NCBI RefSeq assembly: GCF_036971445.1
Contig: NC_091481.1
Coordinates: forward strand, 12,462,001 to 12,526,000
Direction: 5' to 3'
Source: Narcine bancroftii
Taxonomy: Eukaryota
DNA: 64,000 bases
Shown here: positions 12,221 to 24,430 of the stretch, piece by piece
Numbering within the stretch: the first letter of the stretch is position 1
Layout of the letters: the number at the start of each line of letters is the position of its first letter
The notes under the pieces: generated by a model
What the model was told of the DNA's origin: nothing
The model's database searches: none
Seen by the model: only the letters and a program-made list of their open reading frames with translations
Translations under genes and position numbers: made by a program

Positions 12221-13138
12221 GGATAGTGTCTCTCATTTCTTTCATAGCCTTGTGCGTAAGAAGAGAATAAGGAGTATACGTCCTGTTGGGTCCTTTCCCA
12301 CTAAGTCTGAGACCTAGCGGGTGAGTCTTTGGCAAGTGAAATAGTCAGTCTGTTCTACAACTGCACAGTTTGCGCAATTTTCCAAAGTCCTGCCAAAATT
12401 GCTTGGGAATGAAAACAAAGTGAAGAGCTCACGCAGTTTGGGGAAGGATCGAGGAAACTGAGTCACATGGGCTGTAGTTGATCCACGTCAATATTTAATA
12501 AAACACAAAAGGAAAATTCATTTTGGAGACTCCTTTTTTATAATATTGCTCTGTTCCTTAGGCAAGGCAAAATAGGAATTAAGACACTGGGAAAAAATGA
12601 ATGCAAAGAGTTGATGAGCAACAGAACTTCCATGATTTCCATTTTTGGTGAAATTTGGAGAAATTCTAGAATTTTAACCCTTCATTAATCACAGGTAAAA
12701 ACACAATGCTGGAGAAACTAAGCAGGTCAAACAATGTACTTTATAGAGCAAAGATAAAGATACATAACCAACATTTTGGGCTTGATGAAGGGCTTAACGT
12801 TTGACATTCTGAATTATCCAACTTTGTGTTTTTATTTCAACCAGTGTCTGCAGACTTTTGCATTTTACATTCACCTTAGGTAGATGTGCTTTCACTGATG
12901 CTTTTGTCCAGTGGGTTATATTAATTGTTAGACATTTCTTTATTCGATTAGATTATGGGACATCTATTATCTTAATACAATTTACCTATCTTGATTCCAT
13001 TGCCCTCAATAACCTAATACAACAGTACATTACCAATCTCATGCTTGAGATCTTACCACTCTCAGTGCATCTCACAGGAATGCAGGAACACTGAAAAATG
13101 GAGGAATAGAAATTCATCCTAATCCATTCATTTACTTA

Positions 13139-13491
13139 CAGTAGTAGTCGAAAAATCCAGACTGCTCAGAGATTGGGTTGGCCAAGATTTTTCAGATTCT
13201 CAGGCAGGATTTTTAAAATTCAAATTTAAGGAGAATTAAAGAAGAGATGAACAGGTAAATTTTGATTGTTTATTCCTTGACAAATACTGCATGGGCATTA
13301 TTTATCATTTATCAAGATGAGCAGTTTGAAAGGAAAATAAAGTGGTTACCAGTTGCTGCATCTGTGGTGGTTACACATGCACGCTCACACACAAAAGCCT
13401 GCGAAATGTAAAATCTTTGAAAGTTTTTGGAAAATCCAGATTCTTGGGTGGTCCAGATTTCTGCCATCCAGATTTTGGGATTTTTACTGTA
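13139..13491. mobile_element. Tigger/pogo-like MITE, second family
   Basis: TA-CAGTA...AAAATCCAGA / TCCAGATTTTGGGATTTTTACTG-TA ends. Confidence 0.6.
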
Positions 13492-14264
13492 GTACAGCAG
13501 CTTTTGGCAAGACTTTTTTTTTGTCTGTGCTACTTCTTACAAGGCTCATAAAATTGTTAAGCACACAAAGAGGCCATTTGGTTCATTATTGACATTCGGA
13601 ATCTTTAAGCAAACTATTCAACAAGTCTATCAACCATAGAAATTCAAATTGAAATCCAAGGAATTTAAAAAATGTTTTAAAATTTTGACATACAACATGG
13701 TTACACGCCCTTTCGGCCCACTATCCTGGCTGTCAAATTACACCCGATTGTCCTACACCCATGGTACATTTTGAAGGGTGGTAGAAAATACAGACACAGG
13801 GAGAATGGACATACATCTTACAGACAGCGTGGGATTTGAATCCCAGTCCCAATCGCTGGTGCTGTAACAGCATTGTGCGCCACCCAGAGACCTTTGTAGA
13901 TAGGATATGAAAGATGGCATCTTGACAAAAATGAGGGAGTATTGGTAAACTATTATTTTCAGATGGGAAGGAAAAATAGTATGTTTCAAAATTGCTAGTT
14001 TCAGAACTATAGCTCTTTTATAAATCTATTGCAGGAGTTGGAGAAATGCAAACTAATTTTAAAGTTTGTAAATGTGATGAAACTCAGCAGAAATGCAGAA
14101 AACATAATTGGTCTAATGGCTCTCTGTATAGATGGAACTTAATGTAGTGAAGTGCAAAGCAAAATATTTTGACAGGAAAATGGACAGACATCAGAATTAA
14201 ACCATTTCAAAAAGGTGCCCATCACAAGTGAAAGTAAGTTGGTACTGGTTAGTACTGTAAGGAG

Positions 14265-14680
14265 TGAACAACACATTCTCATGCATTGCCAGACTGAGAC
14301 CACCCACAAATTGGTGGAACAATACCTCATCTTCCATCTGGGCACCCTTCAACCAGATGGCAGTAACATAAACCTCCAGTTTCCATAAAACCACCCTCCC
14401 TCTTTCCCCCGTTGCCTTTCGTCGCAGCTCTGTCTCTCTCTGACTGTCTCTCTCTCTCTCTCCCCTTCACTTTTCCTCTTATCCAATTAACAGATTCGTT
14501 AGTTGGTTTGGACTCCTCCCCATCCCATTCTTCCCTCTTTCTCTCCTAGTCTTGATCCAGATGTCATCTTCATTGTTTATAATTGAAGAAGGGCTCAGAC
14601 CTGAAATGATGGTAATACAGTATATCTTTACATCCTATCAAAGCTGCAAGACCAGCTGAGTTACTCCAGCATTTGCTGGT
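14265..14680 (+). mobile_element. Penelope-like element 3' fragment
   Basis: LVEQYLIFHLGTLQPDG (GIY-YIG C-terminal remnant), pyrimidine-rich tract, then the TTGAAGAAGGGCTCAGACCTGAAA motif. Similar pieces at 24985-25780(+), 39110-39280(+), 48010-48520(-), 51110-51205(+). Confidence 0.75.
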
Positions 14681-17069
14681 TAGTACTGTTTACTAGTAAG
14701 AAAGTGACATACGCAATCAGTACAAATTGTTTAAATCAGCAGTAAAACTGTCCCGGCATGAAATTTCACCCCAGACGCAGGACCAGGAAACCTGGGATGA
14801 ATGCATACAAAACATACTGACAAGTTGTGAAGACCCAATAAAAATAAACAGATGGCTAGATTTCTATCAAACACTAATCGGTTTTTGGTGGAGCTCTGGG
14901 TTTAAATCTGGGCAATAGATTTTAGTAAGGCTTTAAGAAAGCAGATTTACTTGAATAGTGTTCAGGATGAAGGTCTTCAGTTATATGGGGGAATGGAATT
15001 ATTTTCTTTAGAGCAGAGGAGATTGAGAGGTATGAAACATGTTTCCACAACAGAAGTGTTGGTAATTGGAGGATGTGGATTTAAAGCGATTGGTAAAAGA
15101 ACCCATGTTAACAAAAATTTTTTATGAAGCACGTTGATATGATCAGGAATTCACTGCCTGAAAGGGAAGAGAAAATATCCTGAGTGGGTGCTCTCTTGTG
15201 CAGTATTGCAGGAATTTCAGGTCAGCATTTAAATCACTTGTGGAAGATAACATAACTGAGAATGTTGAATACCCTTTGTATTCAAGGATTTCCTGATGTC
15301 AGTTCACCAGAATGGTGTGTTGTATATTTTCCTTTTGTGTCCCTCCACCATACTGCCTTTGTTCCATTGAAAACAGAGTAAACTTCCTGATATCCAGCAC
15401 CTATGGGGATTGATAGATGCTGGATTAGCGAGTTTTCCAGTTGACTTTTACTAAGCATAAGGGGACACTTTAAGAGAGTCACTCCAACGGTGAGCGGTGT
15501 CAACCAGCTCTTCATTCTGGGCGATGCTATGAGCAAAGCACGACCAAGGCCCTCCGCTGGCTGAATATTTGCTACCATCTTCAGCAAAGGTTTATGTGCA
15601 ACTTCAGAGAACATTGACTTTTACAATTTTGAATTTTTATTTTATCTTTAAAAAACTTAATTTATTTATTTATTTTCCTCAAATTTTTTTTCCAGTTGCT
15701 TGAATTCCAGATACCAGGGATTTTACTGTATTAGGATCATATCCTCGAATGGTTCACATCCATTAAGTAAAGCTTGAGTTTCTTCAGTCTTTACTCCTCA
15801 CACAAGAATTCCAACAACAGTAATCCACCTTGTGGCACTTCCATGCTCAATCCAGGACTTGCACAACTCTGTGATAAGAACACAACACTCAGTAACAACT
15901 TGGCCGTAGTCTAACAATTTGGCACCAGCAGTCATTGTAGGAATGCTCAGTGAATTGTCCTTGGGCCAGCTATGTTGTCATGAGTTTTCTTCCATCATCA
16001 GTTGGGAAGATTGATGTCCATTGACAATTGCCCCACGTTCATTTTTATTCACAATTCTTTCAATAAAAATCAGTTTATCTCCACAGTTACTAGGACTTGG
16101 ATGTCATGGGTTATGAAGTGACAAGTCATGTAATTGCTACACATTAACTAGACAATGATTATCTCCAAAAAGCAGGGATTTAAACAGTTTTTCTCAGCAT
16201 TCACTGCTGTTACTATTGTTAAATTACCAACCTTTAATATCTTAGGGTTCATGATTCACAAAAATTTAGAAGAAATAAGTACTGTTTTTTTTCCCAGTGA
16301 CTGAACTGCTTCTTAACTTCCATAGGCCTTCCATTAACCATAAGCCACACGTTAGGAACATGATGAATATCTTCACTCACCAAAATATGTGCAGCTCCAA
16401 TAGCATACAAGAAATCTGGCACCATCTAGTCAATGTAGCCTGCCTGAAAGAGATCCCTTCTAAACATTCACTTCCTCCACTAGCAGTGGGCCAGATAATA
16501 CAGTGCTTACCATTAGTTTTCCAACAATGCTTGTAATCTCTATCAATTAGATCAGGGGTGACCAAACTTGCTTAACGTAAGAGCTACATAAACTTCACAT
16601 GTTTGAGAGCCGCAAGACATGAAGAAATATTAAATAGATGTCTTTACTCTTACATGTGAATTTTGTTACAAAAATTATATAAATAATTACAACCATACAC
16701 GTAATCCTATTTATTCATTTATGTAGTTTTTAAACTGCTAATTTGTATAAGTTTCAATAATCAAAAAGTGCACAGATAAATCCCAGGTATTTTCAAAATC
16801 CTGTGTTTTTCTGTGGAAATCTCTGCCCAAGGAATCAGTAGATGTGGCCTCATTAAATATATTTAAGATATATTAAAATCGTAGGGAAATTAAGGGTTAG
16901 GGGGAAAAGCAGAGCTGGGTCCACAGCCAGATCAGCTGTGATCTCACTGAATGTGGAAGCAGGCTCAATGGGCCGGATGAATGACTCCTGCTCCTTTCTG
17001 ATGTATTCTCTTTGGAAACGCTGCTGTCACTGGTCTCTGCAGATACCTGCTCCATTGCAGCATCCACAG

Positions 17070-20000
17070 CTGAACACAAGATGCTGGGGTAACCTGCCAT
17101 GGCTCTGGTACATCATGGGTGAAAATAGAGGAAGGGAGTGTGGGGTGGGTCAGGTGTGGTCTCTGGAGACCCTGAGGGCACCAGGTCACTAACCGATACT
17201 CATGAACATCAGAGTATGTCACATAGGTATACTGGGGATTGGCATGGAGGAGATGGACTCTTTCAACCAATGGGCCAGATTTATGGCTCCTCGCATGCTT
17301 CCAGAGTAGGATCAGTCCTGGGGACATCAGCCAGGCCTGCAGCATGGTCCCTGTTGCAGATGTCCTGGGGAAGTAAAACATTATTTCATGTGGTGGTACA
17401 AAGGAGTGATCTGATGGAGTGGAGTGCCTCAGAGAGGACATCTTGTCAGCAGGAGACTGGAATGCTTTTAGATGCAGGGCTTAGGAGGATGACCTTCCAG
17501 ACGGTAGCGTTCTTCTTTCTATCTGCCTGTTCCCTCAGGAGTTGTAGCTGGTAGTTCTGCTCGTGGCGATAACTCTGGCACTTATAAAGGAGGGCCCTTG
17601 GTTGCTATGGATATAGCAGGTGAACCCATACAGAATGAAGAGGGTGTGTAGTGCTTTGATGACTGTGGCAGCTGTCATGTCTGGGCAGGGGATGGCAAAT
17701 GGAAAATGTGAATATTCGATGATGTTGCAGTCAGAAAAGGGGAGGGGTCCTTTGAAATTGATGCTCAAGCATTCAAAGGGGCGGGTGGCCTTTATCAGTT
17801 GCACTCTGTCTGGTCGATAGAAGTGTGGTTGCACTCCTTGCAGACCTGACAGTTCATGGTTAAGTCCTGATCTCCTCCATGGAAAAAGGCAGATTGCAGG
17901 GTTTGATAAAATGGAAGAACCTAGTGTCTCCAGGATGGCAGAGATCATTGTGGAGAGCTTGCAATCAGTCTGCTGGCACATGTTCCACAGGATAAACCAT
18001 CTGGGGGCTAATTGAGTTTCCTGGGCCAGAAGATACTGTAGTTGTAGGTGGAAAGTTCAATTCTCCACCTCAAAATCTTGTCATTTTTGATTTTACCCCT
18101 CTGCTGGTTATTGAACATGAAAGCCACTGCCCGATGGTCAATCAGGAATGTAAATTGTTTGCCAGCTAGGTAGTATCTCCATTGCTTGGGCCTCCTTCTC
18201 GACAAAGGAATGTCAAATTTCATGACCCTGGAAGTGATGGGTCTGCCTGCCTGGTTAAGTGTGGCTGCCAGGGCAAAGTCGGATGGATTACTCTCCACCT
18301 GGAACAGGATGGATTCATCCACAGTATGTATTGTAGCCTTGGCAATGTTTGCTTTAATGCGGCTGAAAGCTGCACTGGCCTCTGGTGCCAGGGGAAAGGA
18401 GGTAAATTTAATGAGGGGCCAACCCTTGTCTGCTCAATTGGGGACCCACTGGGCATAGGAGGAAAAGAAGCCCAGGTACCTTTTCAAAGCTTTGAGGATC
18501 TAGGGGAGGCAGAGTTCCAAAAATGGGTGCATGCAATTGGGGTCAGGGTCAATGACCCCATTCTCCATGATGCAGCCAAGGATGGCAAGGCAGATTGGGC
18601 GAAATATGTATTTAGCCTTATTATATCTGACGTTAAGGAGTTAGGCAATCTGGAGGAATTTTTGGAGGTTGGTGCCATGGTCCTGCAGATCATGCCCGCA
18701 AATAGTGACATTGTCCAGATACAGGAATGTGGCCTGCAGCTCATACTGGTCTACCATTCAGTCCATCTCCCGCTGGAAGACAGAGACCACATTGGTGACG
18801 CCAAAGGGAACCCTCAAGAAATGTTAGAGGCTGCTATCTGCCTCAAAATCAGTGTACTGGCGGTTCTCTGGGTGGATGGGAAGCTGGTGATAAGCTGACT
18901 TCAGGTCGATCTGGGAAAACCTGATATTACGCAGTTTGGTTTACCTTATCGAATATGCGGGGAAGAGGGTACACATCCAGCTGTGAATCTCTGTTAATTG
19001 TCAGATTGTAGTCAATGACCATCCTGTTTTTCTCCCCATTACTCACCACCACCACTTGAGCTCTCCAAGGGCTGGTACTGGTTTCAATGATCCCCTCATT
19101 GAGTCGTTGCTGCACCTCTCACCTTATAAAGGCCCTGTCCCTAGCACTGTACCGTCTATTTTTGGTAGCAACAGGTTTGCAGACAGGGGTGAGGTTAATA
19201 AACAGTGGTGGAGGGGTGATCTTGAAGCTTGAGAGTCTGCAGGTTGTTCACCATGGGCAACCATCATGTTGCTGGCAGGAAACGGTGGTGGGTAGGGGCC
19301 ATGGAGTTCTTGCTGGTGGAATACAGTGGGTGATTTAAGAACTGCTGGTTACAGACACTGAGGGAGGGTGGGGCCCATCATACTCCATTGTCACACTTTT
19401 AGGGTGGCATTGGAAGTCCAGTCCCAATAGCATGTCATCACCAGGAGTTTAAAGTCTTTGTACTCTGTGCCCCGTACAGTCAGGGTTATTAGATGGTAGC
19501 TGTGGACATCAGCCAAATGGGACCGAGGCCAAGCAGACTTTATAACTCACTGGTCTAACCATGAGGGAGTAGTGCTGCACCATGTCAGGGTGGATGAAGC
19601 TCTCTGTGCTCCCACTATCGAACGGACAGCTTGTCGTGTGGCCATTTACCTGGATGTCCATCATTGATCTGGGAAGTTGGTGAGGACTACCTTGATCCAG
19701 TGTGATGGAGACCAGGGTCGGGTCGCTGTCTGTAGCTTTGGTGGAGAGTTTGTGTGTTCAGTTGCAAGATGGCAGCACCCAAGATGGTAGCCCCATGGCT
19801 TGCACATGGCACTGCAGGGTTTCGAAGAAGGCAGCGACCAAGATGGTCCGCACGTGGCACGGCTGGATGGAGGTGACTTAGGCTTACACACTTTGCTTAA
19901 TGCCCTTTCTTCCCGTAGTTGGAGCAGACCGACAGCTTTTCCTTGGGTGCATGCCCAGGCTGCAGAAGTAGCACTTTGGGTGCTCACAGAGTACAGTGGT

Positions 20001-20810
20001 TGTGGTCAGGTCACTGGTGGTGCGAGGCAGTAGCTGCATATCCCAAGATGGTGGCATCCATGGCAACCATGAGGTGGCCACATTGTTGGCCAAGTAAGCT
20101 TCCATATTCTGGAGGACCACCTCCAGCATGCTTACCAGTTCAACTGCCCTCTGCAAATTGAGCTCACCTTGCTCCAACAGTCTCTGGCAGATGTAGCTGG
20201 ACTTGAAGCCTGCGATGTACATGTCTATAATCAGGTCCTCCGTGTTTTCCACAGCCAGCAGTCGCAGGCCCATCCAAGAATTCGTAGGGCCCAGAGGTGT
20301 TCAGCATTCTTTGTTTTCAAGTGTCCAGGAGGTATTTCGCATAGACTTTGTTTACTTTCTTCAGGTACTCACCCTTCAGAATGTCGTTCACCTCTGGGTA
20401 TGACGTGGCCTCCCTGATCATTGAGTACACCAGAGGCCCGACCCGGGAGTGTAGTAGCTGCAGTTTGTCATTCTCTGATCGAATGATAGCAGATGATGCC
20501 CGCAGGAACACTTCAAAGCAACGCAGGCAGAGTTCGAAGTTGGTGGAGACTTCAGGTGATTTCCAACTTATCCGGCTTCAAGATCTACTCCATTGTCAAA
20601 ATTTATTGTGAATAGAATTGATGCATCATCAATAACTCCAAAAGACAGAAGTGGGCTTTTATTCATAATAAAATGGAATCACATCCATGATAATTGACTG
20701 TCCTGAACTGGGGAACAGTCACCTTTATTCAGGAGTCTGTGGAAGGGGCCACAGGTACAATCAGCCAATGGGCGTGCCTAGACAGATAAATATACAAACG
20801 GTTTACCACA
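17070..20810 (-). mobile_element. Gypsy (Ty3) LTR retrotransposon, frameshifted, 3' LTR missing
   Basis: Order on the minus strand: LTR 20619-20810 (TG...CA), gag with Cys/His knuckle remnant (CYFCSLGMHPRKSC), protease FDSGSTESFI (~19600), RT (SPWRAQVVVV, RMVIDY, YPLPRI, YLDN), RNase H (FQVES..SDFALAATLNQ), integrase (PFECLSINFKGPLP, IHSNQGPSF). Confidence 0.93.
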
Positions 20811-21679
20811 AGAAGCTCGCAACCACTTCTCAAGGACAATTACGAATGACAGGAATTGGAACTCTCTGTCAAGGACAATATTTATTGCCAGTCCCAAATT
20901 GCCCTGACAGAGAGAGATGGCAACCACCTTTCCAGTGAAGGTTCTCCCAGTGTTGTTGGGATGGGAAGTGAGCCCTTTCTTCTGGCTACTGTTGAGCTTC
21001 CTGAGACGCTGGACTCTTCCAGGCAAGTCGAGTCTTGATTCTCCTGGGTAGGAGCTTCACTCAGTCAGAGCTTTTGCAGATGAAAGTAAGCAGACCATAG
21101 CACTTATGCTTCCAACAGAGCAAAGACCAATTCAATGACTCCCAACAAATCTCATTCAAATTTACCCTGTTGACTTTGTTGGCTGTTGTGTGACAGTCAA
21201 CCAATGTCTGCTCAAATACTCCAGATCTCCTTCACCATTTGACAGCCTCTATTTTCTACTTTTCCTTCTCATGTTACATTTGACCCTGTTAAACTTCACA
21301 TGCCACCTTATTTTGTAATCAAATCCTTGAATTTACTTGCTCTCTATCTCATTTCATCCTCAAACATTTTATTATCCAGTTTGCACGGAGTTTCTGAACA
21401 CAAATGATTAAAATAAAAATGAAGTCTGAAATCCAACACAGATCCCATGGATACACTATTCCTTATCTTCTCCTTTTAGGTGTCATAACTCTTCAAACAA
21501 ATCTCCATTACTCCCTATTCTTCAATTCATTTCTTAGGTACTAAATTTGGATATGTTCAGGGAGTGAAGTCATGGATAAAAAGACAGGGTCCTTAATATG
21601 AGATCTGGACACGGAGTCAGGGTCTTTATCAATGAACTGAGTTTTGCATTCTTGATGTACGCACCCGTGAATTTTGAGC

Positions 21680-22070
21680 ACCATGCAAATCCAAGGGATA
21701 CGAGCCTCACAGGCAGGACCAGCACTTAATTGCTCGTCCCTAATTATCTTTTTAAGAGCTGGGTAGCTTCCTTCTTGAACCGCTGTGATCCTCAAGGTGT
21801 GAATATCACCACAATGCTGGGATGAAGTTCCAGGATTTTTGACCAAGCAGTGGTGAAGGTACTATGATATATTTCTACGTCAGGATGGTGTGTGGTTTGA
21901 GGGATGAAGTCCAGGTTGTGATATTCCTCTGATTTTGCTGCCCTTAAACTTTCAACTGACAGAGGTCAAGATTTTGAAAGGTGTTGTCAGTGTACCTGTC
22001 AATGGTATAAGTGGCTACTACTGTGTGCCAGTGGTGGAATGACTGAATGGTTGTGGATGGGCCACCTATC
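21680..22070 (-). mobile_element. Old CR1/L2-group LINE 3' end
   Basis: The reverse complement ends in an ATTAGGGAYGRGCAATTAAGTGCTGG-type tail. The same tail recurs at about 20820-20895, 28760-28830 and 29160-29225. Confidence 0.55.
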
Positions 22071-24066
22071 CTTCAGTCATACTTCCTATTTCAAAATGTG
22101 GATGACAGGAATGGAAACAGATTAACAGAAATATGGGGATGAGTAGAAAATGTGACTTTTCTCTTGAGCCACATAAGCCTAGTTTTTAGTTTAGCAATAA
22201 GATAAATTGTCATGACTGCTTTTGATTAATCAGTCAGATATTCAACCAAGGGTGGTGGATGGCCACAAAACAAATACCAAATGATTAGTTAATGTCATTT
22301 CAAGCATGCAACTGAACAATTTCCTTTTAGTCAGTATAGCAACTGTTTTGCACCAAAGTACGTTTTCTCTTACAGTCATGGAAAAGTTTCTTTATTTCAA
22401 CATTGCAGACCCAATAAATGACTTCTGTCTCATAGAACAACACGATGTAGCAATAGGAGAGAAAGTAAAGAGCAAATTTCACACTCAAGACTCATTCACC
22501 TTAAAGATGTTGTGGTCAGCTTCCCTTATGACCAACAAAGGATATACAATAACCAGAAACACAAAATTTACTGTATAAGCACCAAAGATATTACTGATTG
22601 AAACATCTATTCTAAAATGGTTTACACAATCATTCCATCTTTCACTTCGGTCATGGGAGACAGAATCTTTCAAAGCTTTACCTCATTCATTTATTCCACT
22701 TTGCTGCAGACAGCTTCCTGTCATTTTTATCAGTTTTGTAACTCTGAATCTCCCCCACAGGTGAGCTATCACTTGCTCAACGATGATGCATCTTTGGAAG
22801 AATTAATCCTGCCTTGAAATATTTAATGGGCGGAGATAGAAAGCTTGTGGATAAATACTTATCAGGTAAGGTTTCAACAAAACTTTACACCAAATATTGA
22901 GTTGGAAGACTCAGCATTTATTCCCTTGAGTGACAATGATTTTAACGAATGGTTTTATTGGTGATGCTTTTGGTGATTTCATGGTTTGAAATAGTGGTGA
23001 GAGAGGAATTATTTTCTCTGGAAGGTGCATGAAAAAAAAGTACAACAGAACAGATCCGGGCCATGTGGGTGGATGAAATCAGTTTGCACTTCTTCACACA
23101 AATGGTAATGGGAATCCAAAGCTTTCTGCATAAAATGATGATTATATCAGACCTAAATTCTGTTTCTAAACTCTGCAATTAATAATTATAATGGATATTA
23201 ATTGGTTTAGAACCAATAAGATATTTGTCAGCTATAACTAAAAGGCTTGAGGGGTTGAATTGCCTCCTGGTGTTTCGATGCCAATACCCATACTTTCACC
23301 ATCCCCTCAATCTCCTCTGTCCTACTTTCTACCATGCCAATTCTGGTCTTATTTTCTATTTAATTCTATGCCAAACCCAAAGCCAATACTATCACTATTC
23401 CACATACAGAAACATAGCTGTTAGATTGTAAATGTATACGAGTCAGTGTCTTTTTGCACTCCTGGATAATAACATGTCATTGATGGGCTACCAATCATTG
23501 GGAGCTTTCACTTTATATCCTTCAAATCGTTGTTAGAATATACAAATATGTTGTTGTGATATTAAAGACATCAAGATATGGAGAAAAACTGAAACCACTT
23601 TAAAGTTAGAATTCAGCAGCTCAAGTCCGTGACAACCACTCATGTGCTCACCCGTGAAAGCATAGAGTTGTAATCAGATATCATTTTGTACTGTGGTCGT
23701 ACGGAGAAGAGGTGTAAAATTTCTTGAAATGGGGTGAGAATAACAAGCTGATTCACAGCATGGGTAAGATGAAGGAGATGGTTGTGGATGACTTCAGGAG
23801 GGCCAAGGATGACCAGCCTCCACTACACAGCAATAGCTTGGTAGTGGAGAGAGTAGACAGCAGCAAATTCCTCAGAATCCGCTTAAGAAGTGTCCTATCT
23901 TGGACAAACATCTCCTTACTTGTCAGGAAGGCGCAACATGAACTTCACTTCCTGAGAAGACTGAGACAGGCAAGGCTACCAGCCACCATCCTATTACCTT
24001 TCAATAGGAGCTCTATCAAGAGTGTCCTGGCCAGTTGCATCACAGTGTGGTATAGTTGATGTAGAG

Positions 24067-24430
24067 CAGTGGTTTTCAAACTGCCCCTCTAAACTCACAT
24101 TCCACTTTAAGCATTCCCTATGCTATAAGTGCTCTGTGATTAGTAAGGGATTGCTTAAGGTGGTATGTGAGTGGAAAGAAAAAGGTTTGAAAACTACTGT
24201 TTTAATCGTACCTAATTGACTCATTATGTGCACGGTTTCATAACTCCAAAGGAAATGGGCCAATGACAATTTTTATCAAGCAAAATATTCCAGTAACATT
24301 TAGGTCTAGAGCAGTGGTTCTCAACCTTCTCTTCCCATTCACATAAGCAATCCCTTACTAATCACAGAGCATTTATGGCATAGGGATTGCTAAAGGTGGA
24401 ATATGAGTCTAAGGGGGCAGTTTGAAAACT
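24067..24430. mobile_element. Two inverted ~130-bp hAT-type MITEs flanking a ~110-bp spacer, inserted in a Rex1-like fragment
   Basis: CAGTGGTTTTCAAAC...GTTTGAAAACTACTG at 24067-24199 and an inverted copy at 24312-24430. Confidence 0.75.

Noticed and set aside
18182-18898. 238-aa plus-strand ORF
   Set aside because: Antisense shadow of the Gypsy RT/RNase H region; no independent motifs.
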